A DNA stretch of 64,000 bases from a virus: IMG/VR virus record IMGVR_UViG_3300006098_000001; one strand, given 5' to 3'. Below the pieces are notes generated by a model. The model was not told where the DNA came from. It was given only the letters and a program-made list of their open reading frames with translations, and ran no database searches. This document shows positions 51,097 through 61,190 of this stretch, piece after piece; the first letter of the stretch is position 1; the number at the start of each line of letters is the position of its first letter. The position numbers and the translations under genes are program-made.

Positions 51097-51618
51097 ATGA
51101 ATAAAGTAAAAGTGTTTATTGTAAATCATAAACTTATTACTGTCGTATGTTTTTTTATTTTGATATATGCGATAGCAGGTGGACTATATTTAGCTGATCA
51201 ACATAGAAAACAACAGGAATTTTATGATGAACACCCCTTAGTTAATAAGGTTTATAAGTCTCATGTCTTAGAGAAGCCAGCTGAGGGTGATTGGACTACT
51301 ACAGACTCGTACTATATTTTTGGAAATAATGAATATAGAGATAAAGTTATTGAAATTTTCCAAGATGAGGGAGGATTGAAGAGAGTAAAAGAAATAATGA
51401 ATGATGAAAATGAATATAAAAAAGAATTTGAGTCTAATACCTCCGAAAAATATATAGTTGAAGATGGAAATAAATTAATCATTGGTGATAATCCCGAAAA
51501 TGTCTATTCTCACCAAGTAAAAGATGGTGAGAATTGGGTTGGAATGTATAATCCCGATAATAAAAATGAAGAAGAACCTGGTGAAATCCATAAGACTACA
51601 CCAGTAAATATAGACTAA
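51097..51618 (+). CDS. membrane-anchored moron protein (N-terminal TM)
   Basis: Track ORF with GGAGG RBS and TM segment LITVVCFFILIYAIAGGLYL. It is inserted between the tape-measure and distal-tail genes. Confidence 0.6.
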   Translation: MNKVKVFIVNHKLITVVCFFILIYAIAGGLYLADQHRKQQEFYDEHPLVNKVYKSHVLEKPAEGDWTTTDSYYIFGNNEYRDKVIEIFQDEGGLKRVKEIMNDENEYKKEFESNTSEKYIVEDGNKLIIGDNPENVYSHQVKDGENWVGMYNPDNKNEEEPGEIHKTTPVNID

Positions 51619-51641
51619 TTCATAACATAAACATATTTTAT

Positions 51642-51673
51642 TTGACCAAGGACACTCTTCTTGGTTGTACATA
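51642..51673 (+). repeat. DR2: TTGACC-hairpin-CTTGGTTGTACATA
   Basis: See DR1. Confidence 0.55.
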
Positions 51674-51704
51674 TCAAAGAATAAAAAGAAAGGAGCTGAA
51701 TTGG

Positions 51705-53336
51705 TTGACGCAACCAATACTAAATCAGGCGTCTAATTACGATGCGAAGAACTCATATACATTCACATTTACGTATTTGGGCGCAGAGCATACGACAACG
51801 AATACATTATCAATTCGTGAAGATGGTCCAGGAACAAAACCTGTCTACGAAAAGGATCAAGTGTCGCTAGATAAAAACCACATTTTACCAGCAAAAACTC
51901 TGAACAATGGTACGGCATATCTAGCAAAAGTTCGCGTTAAACTCAAAGATGGCTATTCTGAGTGGTCACCAGAGATTAAATTTACGTGTTATACAACACC
52001 ACGAATTCTATTTGATACGATTGACCAACATCAATTTATCTATACGAATGATGTATTAATGTCGGCTATTTATACGCAAGCACAAAATGAGCCTGTTACG
52101 TCATATCAATATACTCTTTACGATCAAAGACATGTTGCTTTAGTTAAATATCCAATTCGGAAGCCGGAAAGAAATTCTCCAACAAGATTTTCAGAACGTG
52201 TTTCAAATATAAAAAAAGGTAAATTATATTACATTGGATTGAAGGTAGTAACAGAGCACGGAATTATTTATGAGCAACTTCAAGAATTTACCGCTCAATA
52301 TATCACGCCATCTGTATCGGGTATTATTCAGCCAACAATGAATAAAGATGACGGACAAATAGTTGTTGACCTTTTCCTAAAACAATTGTTAGGAACGTCA
52401 GCTCGTGCTTACATTCCTCATCGTAAAAATGATAATGCTGATAACTATACATATTGGAAAGATGATTATGTCTTTGTCCCAAAAGAAAACCCTTTGATTT
52501 ATACCAAGTTAGCGATGGCGAAAGCGAGTGATTGGATCGGAAAGTTCTGGGTAATGAATGTTCAGAATGGATTATTCCTAGACTTCTCGCCAGCCGAAGA
52601 TAGAGGACAGCATATAAAGTTCTATAAACATGATGATTATATTACCTGTGAAAAAGAATTTGGACAGATTAAATCCAGAACACGGTCTAATGTAATTAAG
52701 GATTTAAAACTGCGTCCTTTCTATATGTTTGTATATGTTAAGGAATATCGAGTTGAAATAAAGATAGTTCCTGATCAGACATTCAAAGATGATGATTGGA
52801 ATGAAGAGTTATCCAAAGAAGAATTGTCTCAGTACGGTGAAATAACTAAAGAAACTCAACAAATGATAGATGCAGCAGAAGCGAAAATTAACGCTGCAAG
52901 ACAAAGGCTTCAACAAATCCACGATGAACATTGGCAACAATACATCACCAAGGTAGAGCAAGCAATATCAGACGCTAGAGCACGTATTTTAGGGCAAAAT
53001 GAACTACGCGATCGAGTGATGGAAATTGACGACCAATATTGGGACTACTTTGAAAATACTGAAATGGTCAACTACTGGAAAGAATTAGCAAAGGCGGAAC
53101 GTGAGTCCGAAGCCAAGTATGAAATCTATCGTACCGAATATGAGCAAAGAATTAATGAAACTTTATCAGAAATTAAAAGTGGTGCTATGACGCTTGATGA
53201 TGGACGTTTGAAGTTAACTCAATATAGCCTTGTGTATAGCTTTATTTTACGTGAAGTCATTGATTTTAACGATACGAAGCTAACATTAGATGGACTTCAA
53301 GAGCTCTACGATGAATATTTACAAAAATATAAATAG
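51705..53336 (+). CDS. distal tail/baseplate structural protein with C-terminal coiled coil
   Basis: Track ORF 51642..53336. The TTG at 51705, 9 nt after AGGAG, is the likelier start because the upstream part lies in DR2. Confidence 0.5.
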   Translation: MTQPILNQASNYDAKNSYTFTFTYLGAEHTTTNTLSIREDGPGTKPVYEKDQVSLDKNHILPAKTLNNGTAYLAKVRVKLKDGYSEWSPEIKFTCYTTPRILFDTIDQHQFIYTNDVLMSAIYTQAQNEPVTSYQYTLYDQRHVALVKYPIRKPERNSPTRFSERVSNIKKGKLYYIGLKVVTEHGIIYEQLQEFTAQYITPSVSGIIQPTMNKDDGQIVVDLFLKQLLGTSARAYIPHRKNDNADNYTYWKDDYVFVPKENPLIYTKLAMAKASDWIGKFWVMNVQNGLFLDFSPAEDRGQHIKFYKHDDYITCEKEFGQIKSRTRSNVIKDLKLRPFYMFVYVKEYRVEIKIVPDQTFKDDDWNEELSKEELSQYGEITKETQQMIDAAEAKINAARQRLQQIHDEHWQQYITKVEQAISDARARILGQNELRDRVMEIDDQYWDYFENTEMVNYWKELAKAERESEAKYEIYRTEYEQRINETLSEIKSGAMTLDDGRLKLTQYSLVYSFILREVIDFNDTKLTLDGLQELYDEYLQKYK

Positions 53337-53353
53337 TAAAGAGGTGAGAGTTT

Positions 53354-54394
53354 TTGATTATAGGTGTCGATTATTTTAATTATGGATTTGACCAACAATT
53401 TTATGATACTCCTATTCCAACTTCTGAGATTGACGAGGTTATGATGGGGGCCGGAATGTATGATGAAATGTTCATTAGTGTGGATACAACTTTAGATGAT
53501 TCACAAACCAAACCAGCTCAATGGAATCTGAAAACTATTATGGACGCTAAGTTCAATAATTCTCTTGAAGCTGGGAGTATTGACGGAGCTGGTCATATTG
53601 TCACCAAAATACAATGTTATCGTCGAGAATACATGAGCACGAATACGGATTGGCAATTAGTAGCGCAATTTGATTATGATGACCATTATAACCTTTATAC
53701 GGTAGTTGATAGATTCATTGAAAATGGCAAAACATATGAATATGCAGTTGTTCCATTAGCCAATGAAATTCAAGGTGACTTACAAGTTGGCCCACCAATT
53801 GATAGCAAGTTTTATGGCTCCTTTATTTCTAATCTAGGTTCGAATTATTCAATGAACATCGACTTCAAGTTCTCGGATTTAGTTTGGAATTCTAACACGA
53901 GTACCAGTGTGCCGCTTAATGGTCAATATCCAATAGTGACGTTTGGAAATGCAAACTATCGAACTGGTACAGTTTCGTTCTTACCACTTACTCCGCAACA
54001 AGAATTTGGTTATGAAAACGAAATTGATCCACACGCCGAATACATTAATAGAACTAATGTTATTGACTTCCTTAATGATGGACAAACAAAGGTAATTCGT
54101 CGTGAAGATGGAGATATTATTGTTTGTGCAACACATAATATTAAAACTACTCCGAAAGATGAAAGTCTTGAAGCTATTTCTACGGTAACATTTGATTTCA
54201 CTGAAATAGGTAAATTAGATTACAACACCATGGAAAAAGCGGGATTAATTGCTGATGCAGGTAAATCTGTCTACACATACGATGAAGATGGGAATATTAA
54301 GTGGAATCAGGAATATATTGCTGAAGATGGTTCTATTCAATCTAGAACTAGATATAGAAATTCATTCTTATATGAACGAGACAATTTAAAGTAA
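53354..54394 (+). CDS. tail/baseplate structural protein
   Basis: Track ORF. Confidence 0.5.
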   Translation: MIIGVDYFNYGFDQQFYDTPIPTSEIDEVMMGAGMYDEMFISVDTTLDDSQTKPAQWNLKTIMDAKFNNSLEAGSIDGAGHIVTKIQCYRREYMSTNTDWQLVAQFDYDDHYNLYTVVDRFIENGKTYEYAVVPLANEIQGDLQVGPPIDSKFYGSFISNLGSNYSMNIDFKFSDLVWNSNTSTSVPLNGQYPIVTFGNANYRTGTVSFLPLTPQQEFGYENEIDPHAEYINRTNVIDFLNDGQTKVIRREDGDIIVCATHNIKTTPKDESLEAISTVTFDFTEIGKLDYNTMEKAGLIADAGKSVYTYDEDGNIKWNQEYIAEDGSIQSRTRYRNSFLYERDNLK

Positions 54395-54406
54395 GAGGGA
54401 TAAAGT

Positions 54407-56503
54407 ATGCCACTGAAATACAAAAAGCCCAATTACAATGAAACGTTATCGAATATTGTAAATGGACTTGAAGAAAAAGTAAGTGGTCGAGCAGCAAGTG
54501 TTTTACGACAACCAATTCGCAACCTTCAAACAACTATTCAAGTGTTGGATAATGATGGCTCCATAATTGATACTATTACTGGAAAAACAACTGGTGGAAC
54601 TATTAATTATGATGCAACTTCATTGATACGACGAACGGGAACTTTGAAGATGGTTGTTGATCCTTCATATATGCCAAACAACAAAAGTGTTTTTTGGTTC
54701 GATAAGAAGTTTAGAGTCTATCAAGGAGTTGTTGATTTATCTCGTTTCCCCAGAGAGGCAGTTAACTTTTTGCTAGGAACGTTTTGGGTTAACGAATCCT
54801 CTCTACGTTTTGATAAAACAACACGTGAAATATCAGTTACATTAGCTGACAAAATGACCTTATGGGACGGCCAAGGACTAGAAAATAAACTCAAAATAAA
54901 GCGTGGAACTCCTATGAGTGATGCTATTAGGGGAATCATGGAATTAGTGGGAGAAACAGATTTTGGGTATATGTACACCAGTAATGGTGAAGAAATACTT
55001 CAGTACGATTACGAAAAGGAACCGGGAACTTCAATCAATGATATCATTGAAGACTTTCGTGATATGTACATGGATTTTATCTGTGGATATAATTCTCTTG
55101 GTCAATTTGAGTATCGGAAGTTGCCTATTCAAAAGGAAGAAGAAATTCCTAAGCCTAAATGGGAATTTGATGCAACTTCACAAGATAGAGCAGATCTCAC
55201 CTTATCATTTCAAGAAAGCTACGACTTAAAGAATGTTAAGAACAGATTTGTTGTTATTGGGTCCACATCAACCAAAACAGGCTATACACCTAAAGGTTCA
55301 GTAAAAATTACTGATACAAATAGCGAGTTTAATATAGATGCTATCGGAACTAGAACAAAAGTTATCCAAAATAGTGATCTAACAAATGATCTACAGTGTG
55401 TATCTCAAGCACGATATGAAATGTGGAAAGCTGCACACTTCCAAGAAAAAGTAAGCATTGATGTTTCTCCAGTTTACTTCTTGCAACCCAATGATATTAT
55501 TCTGGTCACCAATCCTGTAACAAAAAAAGTATATCAGTACATGATTGATACTATTCAAATTGACTTAGCTGTCGATGGAATTATGTCAATTGACGCTCAT
55601 AAAATGTACTTTGTTAAGCCGGATTATGGTGAGGCAGATATGCCAATTGTGGCGGCTATCAAAAATGGTATCAATAAATTAGGCTGGTTGTCACTTCCAG
55701 AAGAAAGAATTAAGGATACGTATGGTATTTCCGCCGATGGAAAGAATTACTTGAGTATACGATTCGTCGTTGATGAAGAAGGTGGATGGCAAGCAGAAAC
55801 AACTGCGTATAACACTTCCAGAAATCAAACACTAGAAATCGACCTTCGAGATTTTGAAAAGCTCAATCTTAAGGATGAAAATGGTGACGTTGGTAGATCT
55901 AAAGGTGATTATGCAGATCGTGTACTCGGACATGAAATGTTTCATGCAGTATGTAACGATTTCTATGGTGCTGTTAAAACGATGGATATGCCTGTGTGGT
56001 TCAAAGAAGGCTTTGCGGAATTGCTTCATGGTGGAAAAGATCGTTATGTAACGATAACGGGATTTGAAAACAGGGAAGCTAAGAAGCAAGCATTAATTAA
56101 GCGAGCTAGAAACCAACTAAACGGAACATGGGAGAGTACATCAGATGACTATGTAGCCGCGTATCTTATTGCTTGTGCTATGTATTATTTGGCTGGAGAC
56201 TTAAAAGGTATTCATGACATGTTTCAGCGACTAGAAAAAGAAAGTAACTTAAATTTGAACTTTCTGTACAAAGCATTACCTATTACTGAATCGGCAGGTC
56301 AAATCTTCGATAAGGTAATTGATGAAATGCAAAAGATGCCAATTTGGGATTTCTTAAATGACCCCACAGATGTAGACACATGTTCTATTGGTGGAAATCA
56401 TATGCTTAATCTATATGGCAGACCGCTTAGTCCAGAAGATGTGTTTAACAATCAGACGGCAACAACTGATTCATTAGGATTCAAAATTAAGTTTGACGAG
56501 TAG
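54407..56503 (+). CDS. tail-tip (Tal-like) protein with C-terminal MA-clan zinc-metallopeptidase-like domain
   Basis: The N-terminal 400 aa resemble prophage-tail/Tal proteins. The C-terminal LGHEMFHAV...WFKEGFAELLHGG has the HExxH plus downstream Glu pattern. Confidence 0.5.
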   Translation: MPLKYKKPNYNETLSNIVNGLEEKVSGRAASVLRQPIRNLQTTIQVLDNDGSIIDTITGKTTGGTINYDATSLIRRTGTLKMVVDPSYMPNNKSVFWFDKKFRVYQGVVDLSRFPREAVNFLLGTFWVNESSLRFDKTTREISVTLADKMTLWDGQGLENKLKIKRGTPMSDAIRGIMELVGETDFGYMYTSNGEEILQYDYEKEPGTSINDIIEDFRDMYMDFICGYNSLGQFEYRKLPIQKEEEIPKPKWEFDATSQDRADLTLSFQESYDLKNVKNRFVVIGSTSTKTGYTPKGSVKITDTNSEFNIDAIGTRTKVIQNSDLTNDLQCVSQARYEMWKAAHFQEKVSIDVSPVYFLQPNDIILVTNPVTKKVYQYMIDTIQIDLAVDGIMSIDAHKMYFVKPDYGEADMPIVAAIKNGINKLGWLSLPEERIKDTYGISADGKNYLSIRFVVDEEGGWQAETTAYNTSRNQTLEIDLRDFEKLNLKDENGDVGRSKGDYADRVLGHEMFHAVCNDFYGAVKTMDMPVWFKEGFAELLHGGKDRYVTITGFENREAKKQALIKRARNQLNGTWESTSDDYVAAYLIACAMYYLAGDLKGIHDMFQRLEKESNLNLNFLYKALPITESAGQIFDKVIDEMQKMPIWDFLNDPTDVDTCSIGGNHMLNLYGRPLSPEDVFNNQTATTDSLGFKIKFDE

Positions 56504-56550
56504 ATTTTATTGAGGAGGACATTAATACATATGAGAGGAAGTTGTATTAA

Positions 56551-57285
56551 ATGTCGAGATCTACTTTTCCGCAAAAGATAGATGTATTTAGAGAATTATT
56601 TGATCTTCCGGCAAATCAAGTTGCAAATGCACTAGAATTGCAGAGATTAAAACAAAAGACAACACTAACAAATGATGAACAAAACCAAATTTCCGCATTA
56701 AGCGCCCAACTACAAGATTATATGATTACGCCTGAAACCATGAATAAACTTCAGGACGCAATTGTAGAAATCGAAACATTCTTTGATGGGAATGTAAGAA
56801 AGTACATCCTTGAAAAGCAGAAAGAATGGGATACCTATGTCAATGATTTTGATTATATAGGCGAATGGGACGCAACGAAGAAATTTAAGAAACATAATCT
56901 TATAACATATCAAGGTGCATTATATATTGTTACAAAAGATGTGGTAGCGGATAGGCAACATACACCAGATAATGATTCCGATCATTATCGGCCTGCATCT
57001 AGTAAGGGTGACAAAGGTGATATAGGATTAAATGCTATTTTTAAGGGTGAATGGAATGGAGCAACTAGCTATAAGGCTGGTGATGCCGTGTCTGTTCGTG
57101 AAGGTCAAAGTTGGCGCCCATTAGATTTAGTATTTATTGCTAAAAAAGATAATCAAGGTCAAAAGCCAACAATAGGCGCTGCAAGCGATTATTGGTTCCC
57201 ATATCATAATTTAATTGTTGTTCCTAAAGAATATGCTAACTATAAATTTCATCCAGATATTCATCGAATCCAGATAGTTGATTAG
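56551..57285 (+). CDS. baseplate-associated protein with CBM5/12-like repeats
   Basis: YQGALYIVTKDV..HTPDND..HY and YKAGDAVSVREGQSW...DYWFPY resemble small carbohydrate-binding repeats. Confidence 0.35.
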   Translation: MSRSTFPQKIDVFRELFDLPANQVANALELQRLKQKTTLTNDEQNQISALSAQLQDYMITPETMNKLQDAIVEIETFFDGNVRKYILEKQKEWDTYVNDFDYIGEWDATKKFKKHNLITYQGALYIVTKDVVADRQHTPDNDSDHYRPASSKGDKGDIGLNAIFKGEWNGATSYKAGDAVSVREGQSWRPLDLVFIAKKDNQGQKPTIGAASDYWFPYHNLIVVPKEYANYKFHPDIHRIQIVD

Positions 57286-57295
57286 AGGTGGGAGA

Positions 57296-57685
57296 ATGGA
57301 AGTTAGCGAACAACAAAAAGGATTATTAGAAGCCATGCGAACAATAGCTCAGCATGAAGCACAACGTAATTCAGGACCACAGTTTCAAACAGGTGTCGTG
57401 GTGGAAGATCCTGCTGGATATAAATGTATTGTCAGAGTGAATGATACCGAAAAAACATGTACTTTGCCAGAACATTTGCATGATTGGGTAAGCAAAGACG
57501 ATATAGTTCAAATTTGCGATATGTATGGAAATGGTGCTGAGCTAATTGTCACTGGATCTTCTGGATCAACAAGAAAGAAAACATTGGTTGTTAACGATGA
57601 AGATAAAGATAAGTTAACTGGTGGCGTTACTAAATTTGCAGATGATAGTGGAAATTTAACCGATAATACACTAACGCTAGAGTAG
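57296..57685 (+). CDS. hypothetical baseplate protein
   Basis: The ATG at 57296 after GAGGTGG lies inside track ORF 57278..57685. Confidence 0.5.
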   Translation: MEVSEQQKGLLEAMRTIAQHEAQRNSGPQFQTGVVVEDPAGYKCIVRVNDTEKTCTLPEHLHDWVSKDDIVQICDMYGNGAELIVTGSSGSTRKKTLVVNDEDKDKLTGGVTKFADDSGNLTDNTLTLE

Positions 57686-57699
57686 AGAGAAGGTATTAA

Positions 57700-59055
57700 A
57701 TGGCTGTAAAGAGAGCAAAATATTTAGTTGCAGATGATGAATATCATTTCGTAACGGACGACAAGGCTCTTAGAGTCCTAGATTCAAATAATAATGAAAT
57801 TGGAACGTTTAGAGAATTAGGCTTTGAGGGAAAGCTAATCACAAGCGGTGATTATAGAGACATAAAACATACTGGAGTATACCGAATCAAAGGAGTAGGA
57901 GGTTTACCCGGAAACATTCCAGGAGACAAGGAATCCATTCTGACAGTTACATCGATTGGTGATCAGGGTAATCCAGAATTAACCTTTTATAAGGTAATTA
58001 GTCCTAACGGAGTAATTTTAGAAAATACTGTCTCACGGAGTAATCAGTCTGGATGGGGATCTGGTGGTGTTGATTTACGAAATACCATTACAAGTATTAA
58101 CAATATTATTGGTGATATTTCAAAACTTCAGACAGATTCCAAGAATATGACTGGGGCAATTAATGAGTTAAATTCCAAAATAAATAATGTATCTGGCAAC
58201 TCGCAAAGTGGGTTGGAAGACTTAAAAAAAGATAGTAACAATAGATATTTGTTCAAATGGGGAGATACAGTCAACGGTGACCTTTCAGTTAAGTTTGGGG
58301 CAAAATACAAACTTCGAGGTAAGAATGGTCACGACTACAATTTAGCTTCTATTGACGATAACAATAATATCCATATTGGCGATGCAGATACCAATTTACA
58401 GTTTTGGGGTAATGATAATCCTACTTTTAATGGTAAAAAGATATTCACAGAAGCTAATGTAGGTAGTGGATCGGGGTTAGATGCTGATAAGCTTGATGGA
58501 ATTGATAGTTCAGGTTTCTTAAAGACTAATAGCGATGATACTAAATATAGTGGTCTTCGCATGGATAAACGGAACATTCACTTCAATATCAAAGATGGCG
58601 AAAATACAGAAACAGGCTTAGTTTTTGATAAGAATAATAAGTGGACTGCTAAAGTTGTTGCAACCGATATTGGTGATGTCCATATTCAAACAGGTGGTAA
58701 AGAGTATAAATATCCTCCATTTACGTTCAATCAAGATCGTAATTTTGTTCAATATGGTGGTATGCACGTTATTCGAGCCAATGAGCCACAAATTAATTTT
58801 CAGACATTTGATGAAAAAACTGGAAACTTTGATAAAGGAGTAGGGTTTTTCAAGCCAACATGGGATCAAGGATCATTAGCTGTTGGTAACTGGAATACTA
58901 GTGAGGTTGTTGCGCAATTTGCCGTTGGTACTAATCATGAAGCGGTTAAGCTCAATCATTCTCCTTATATTGGTGATCATAATAGACGGTTATTCTTGCA
59001 AGACGAACAGCCTAGTGGTGACGTTCCCGTAGGATCTGTTTGGATTGGTATTTAG
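57700..59055 (+). CDS. tail fibre / receptor-binding protein
   Basis: GSGLDADKLDGIDSSGFL motif common in phage tail fibres; 451 aa. Confidence 0.55.
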   Translation: MAVKRAKYLVADDEYHFVTDDKALRVLDSNNNEIGTFRELGFEGKLITSGDYRDIKHTGVYRIKGVGGLPGNIPGDKESILTVTSIGDQGNPELTFYKVISPNGVILENTVSRSNQSGWGSGGVDLRNTITSINNIIGDISKLQTDSKNMTGAINELNSKINNVSGNSQSGLEDLKKDSNNRYLFKWGDTVNGDLSVKFGAKYKLRGKNGHDYNLASIDDNNNIHIGDADTNLQFWGNDNPTFNGKKIFTEANVGSGSGLDADKLDGIDSSGFLKTNSDDTKYSGLRMDKRNIHFNIKDGENTETGLVFDKNNKWTAKVVATDIGDVHIQTGGKEYKYPPFTFNQDRNFVQYGGMHVIRANEPQINFQTFDEKTGNFDKGVGFFKPTWDQGSLAVGNWNTSEVVAQFAVGTNHEAVKLNHSPYIGDHNRRLFLQDEQPSGDVPVGSVWIGI

Positions 59056-59066
59056 GAGGTGAACAT

Positions 59067-59756
59067 ATGCCATTTGTAAATTATAGAGGAGCCAATGGAG
59101 AATGGATCAAACTTGGCGGTGGCAATGTTCGCGTTTCTAATGGACATAATTGGATTCCTCCCAGAGCAAAAATTTGGACTGGGAGTGAATGGAAAAATTT
59201 ACTTGAAGACCGTCATGTAGATACATGGGAAGCGACTGCATCGGAAGGCTATTGGGGACCAACAAAAGGGAATCTTGCTCATACTCATTATAATTCCTTA
59301 GTTCGTCATGACAGATTATGTCAAGGAAATTATCTTCCATATCATGACTCTTTCATTGGGCGTAATGGTAAAGAAGGCGGAATGTTTTGGGTAGATATAG
59401 ATAATATGAGAAATGCTCTACAAGGTAGCCGTATAGAAAAGGTCGAGGTATATATGCATGTTTTACACTCAGGGTATAGATCGGGTACACAGCTAACGAT
59501 TGGAACCCACAACACTAGAGGGTGGCAAGATAGATTTAGCCAGATTAATTATGGAGTAGCGTCTGCGCGTTATTATGGTCAAGATCAGGGACAATGGATT
59601 ACGGTTCCTACTTGGGTTGGTAATGATCTTAGAGATGGTAAGATATGTGGCTTTACGACCTTCGACAATCAACCAGATCTATGGCATTATTGCTATATTG
59701 CTGGAATATGGGATGGCTGGAAAAAGCCAAAGATTCGTATTACCTACTGGAAGTAA
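59067..59756 (+). CDS. hypothetical distal tail protein (Trp/Gly-rich)
   Basis: The ATG at 59067, 7 nt after AGGAGG, lies inside track ORF 59040..59756. Confidence 0.5.
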   Translation: MPFVNYRGANGEWIKLGGGNVRVSNGHNWIPPRAKIWTGSEWKNLLEDRHVDTWEATASEGYWGPTKGNLAHTHYNSLVRHDRLCQGNYLPYHDSFIGRNGKEGGMFWVDIDNMRNALQGSRIEKVEVYMHVLHSGYRSGTQLTIGTHNTRGWQDRFSQINYGVASARYYGQDQGQWITVPTWVGNDLRDGKICGFTTFDNQPDLWHYCYIAGIWDGWKKPKIRITYWK

Positions 59757-59793
59757 CAATTGAATAATCAGATTCTTATTTTTTAACACAAAA

Positions 59794-59809
59794 TAGTAAG
59801 CGCTTACTA
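59794..59809. repeat. 16-bp perfect palindrome TAGTAAGCGCTTACTA upstream of the endolysin gene
   Basis: Read directly. Confidence 0.5.
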
Positions 59810-59872
59810 AAAACTGAGGAGGAAACTTCATTAAGGAGGACAAAATAAAACACTCGAAAGGAGCAATTTATT

Positions 59873-61168
59873 TTGTTCAAGAAGTTTCTAAAGAAAGCTG
59901 CTTTAACAGTAGCAGTATTAGGATTGACTATACCTGTGACGACAGGTGTTGTTAATGTAACAAATCATGACAATGTGGCATATGCTGCTAAGGGAGACCA
60001 TGGCCCCGACTGGTCGAAATATCAGGGCGCAAATGGCATTTTCGGTTATCCAGACGATAAGTTCGCTATTATTCAAATGGGTGGAACTACAAGTGGATGG
60101 AACCTTTACGACCAATGGACTTATGGCTCACAAGTTTCTAGTGCAATTGCACAAGGAAAACGGGCCCATAACTATATTTGGTGGCAAAACGTTACTACTA
60201 ATCAACAGGCAGACCAAGTATTAAATTACTTTCTGCCTAAGGTGCAGACACCGAGAGGCTCAATTATCGCTCTGGACGTTGAGTCAGGCTACCAGAGTAC
60301 CCAGGCAATTGATTACGCTTGTCAACGAATTAAAGACGCAGGTTTTACGCCAATGGTTTACGGTTACAAGAATTATCTTGTGAATAACACAGATCTTCAT
60401 TATCTAGCAAGCAAGTATCAACTGTGGCTGGCAGAGTATCCAAACTATGCCGTAACTAGAGAACCAAACTATAACTTCTTCCCTAGTTTTGAGAATATTG
60501 GCCTTTTCCAATACACCTCAACTGCAATTGCTGGTGGTCTTGATCGGAATATTGACCTTACTGGTATTACCGATAATGGTTACGTCAATGGAAATTCACA
60601 AAAGCCAAAGACTGAAACTCCGGCAACTGAACAAGGCAAGCAAATTCATAAGGACACTCATAACTACACTGTAAAGCCAAATGATAGCTGGTGGGCAATA
60701 GCAAATCGTTATGGCATGGAAATGAACGCTTTAGCACAACTGAATGGCAAGACCATCAATGATGTAATTCACCCAGGTCAAGTTATTCGTGTTGCTGATA
60801 AAGGAGATGGTCAATCTGTTTCAAACAAGGTTAACACCACCCCCGCACAACCATCAAATAATACTCAATACTACACTGTACAACCAAATGATACGCTCTC
60901 AGGTATCGCTACAAAATTTGGGACAACATATCAATCAATCGCATTCCTTAACAGAATTGATAATCCAAATTGGATTTATCCTGGTCAGCGACTAAAAATT
61001 AATAGGGCGACTCAAAATAACAGTTCTAACAGAGTACACTATGTGCGTTACGGTGAAACACTAAGCGGCTTGAGTTATTCTCTTGGAGTTAATTACCAGA
61101 CACTGTTAAGCAAAAATAATATAGCTAATCCTAATTTTATTCGTGTAGGTCAGGCCATTTACTACTAA
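59873..61168 (+). CDS. endolysin: signal peptide + GH25 muramidase + three LysM repeats
   Basis: MFKKFLKKAALTVAVLGLTIPV signal-like N-terminus, GPDWSKYQG GH25 motif, and three YTVxPNDxxxxIA...GQxI LysM units. Confidence 0.8.
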   Translation: MFKKFLKKAALTVAVLGLTIPVTTGVVNVTNHDNVAYAAKGDHGPDWSKYQGANGIFGYPDDKFAIIQMGGTTSGWNLYDQWTYGSQVSSAIAQGKRAHNYIWWQNVTTNQQADQVLNYFLPKVQTPRGSIIALDVESGYQSTQAIDYACQRIKDAGFTPMVYGYKNYLVNNTDLHYLASKYQLWLAEYPNYAVTREPNYNFFPSFENIGLFQYTSTAIAGGLDRNIDLTGITDNGYVNGNSQKPKTETPATEQGKQIHKDTHNYTVKPNDSWWAIANRYGMEMNALAQLNGKTINDVIHPGQVIRVADKGDGQSVSNKVNTTPAQPSNNTQYYTVQPNDTLSGIATKFGTTYQSIAFLNRIDNPNWIYPGQRLKINRATQNNSSNRVHYVRYGETLSGLSYSLGVNYQTLLSKNNIANPNFIRVGQAIYY

Positions 61169-61190
61169 AAGAGATACAAGGAGGAAATTA

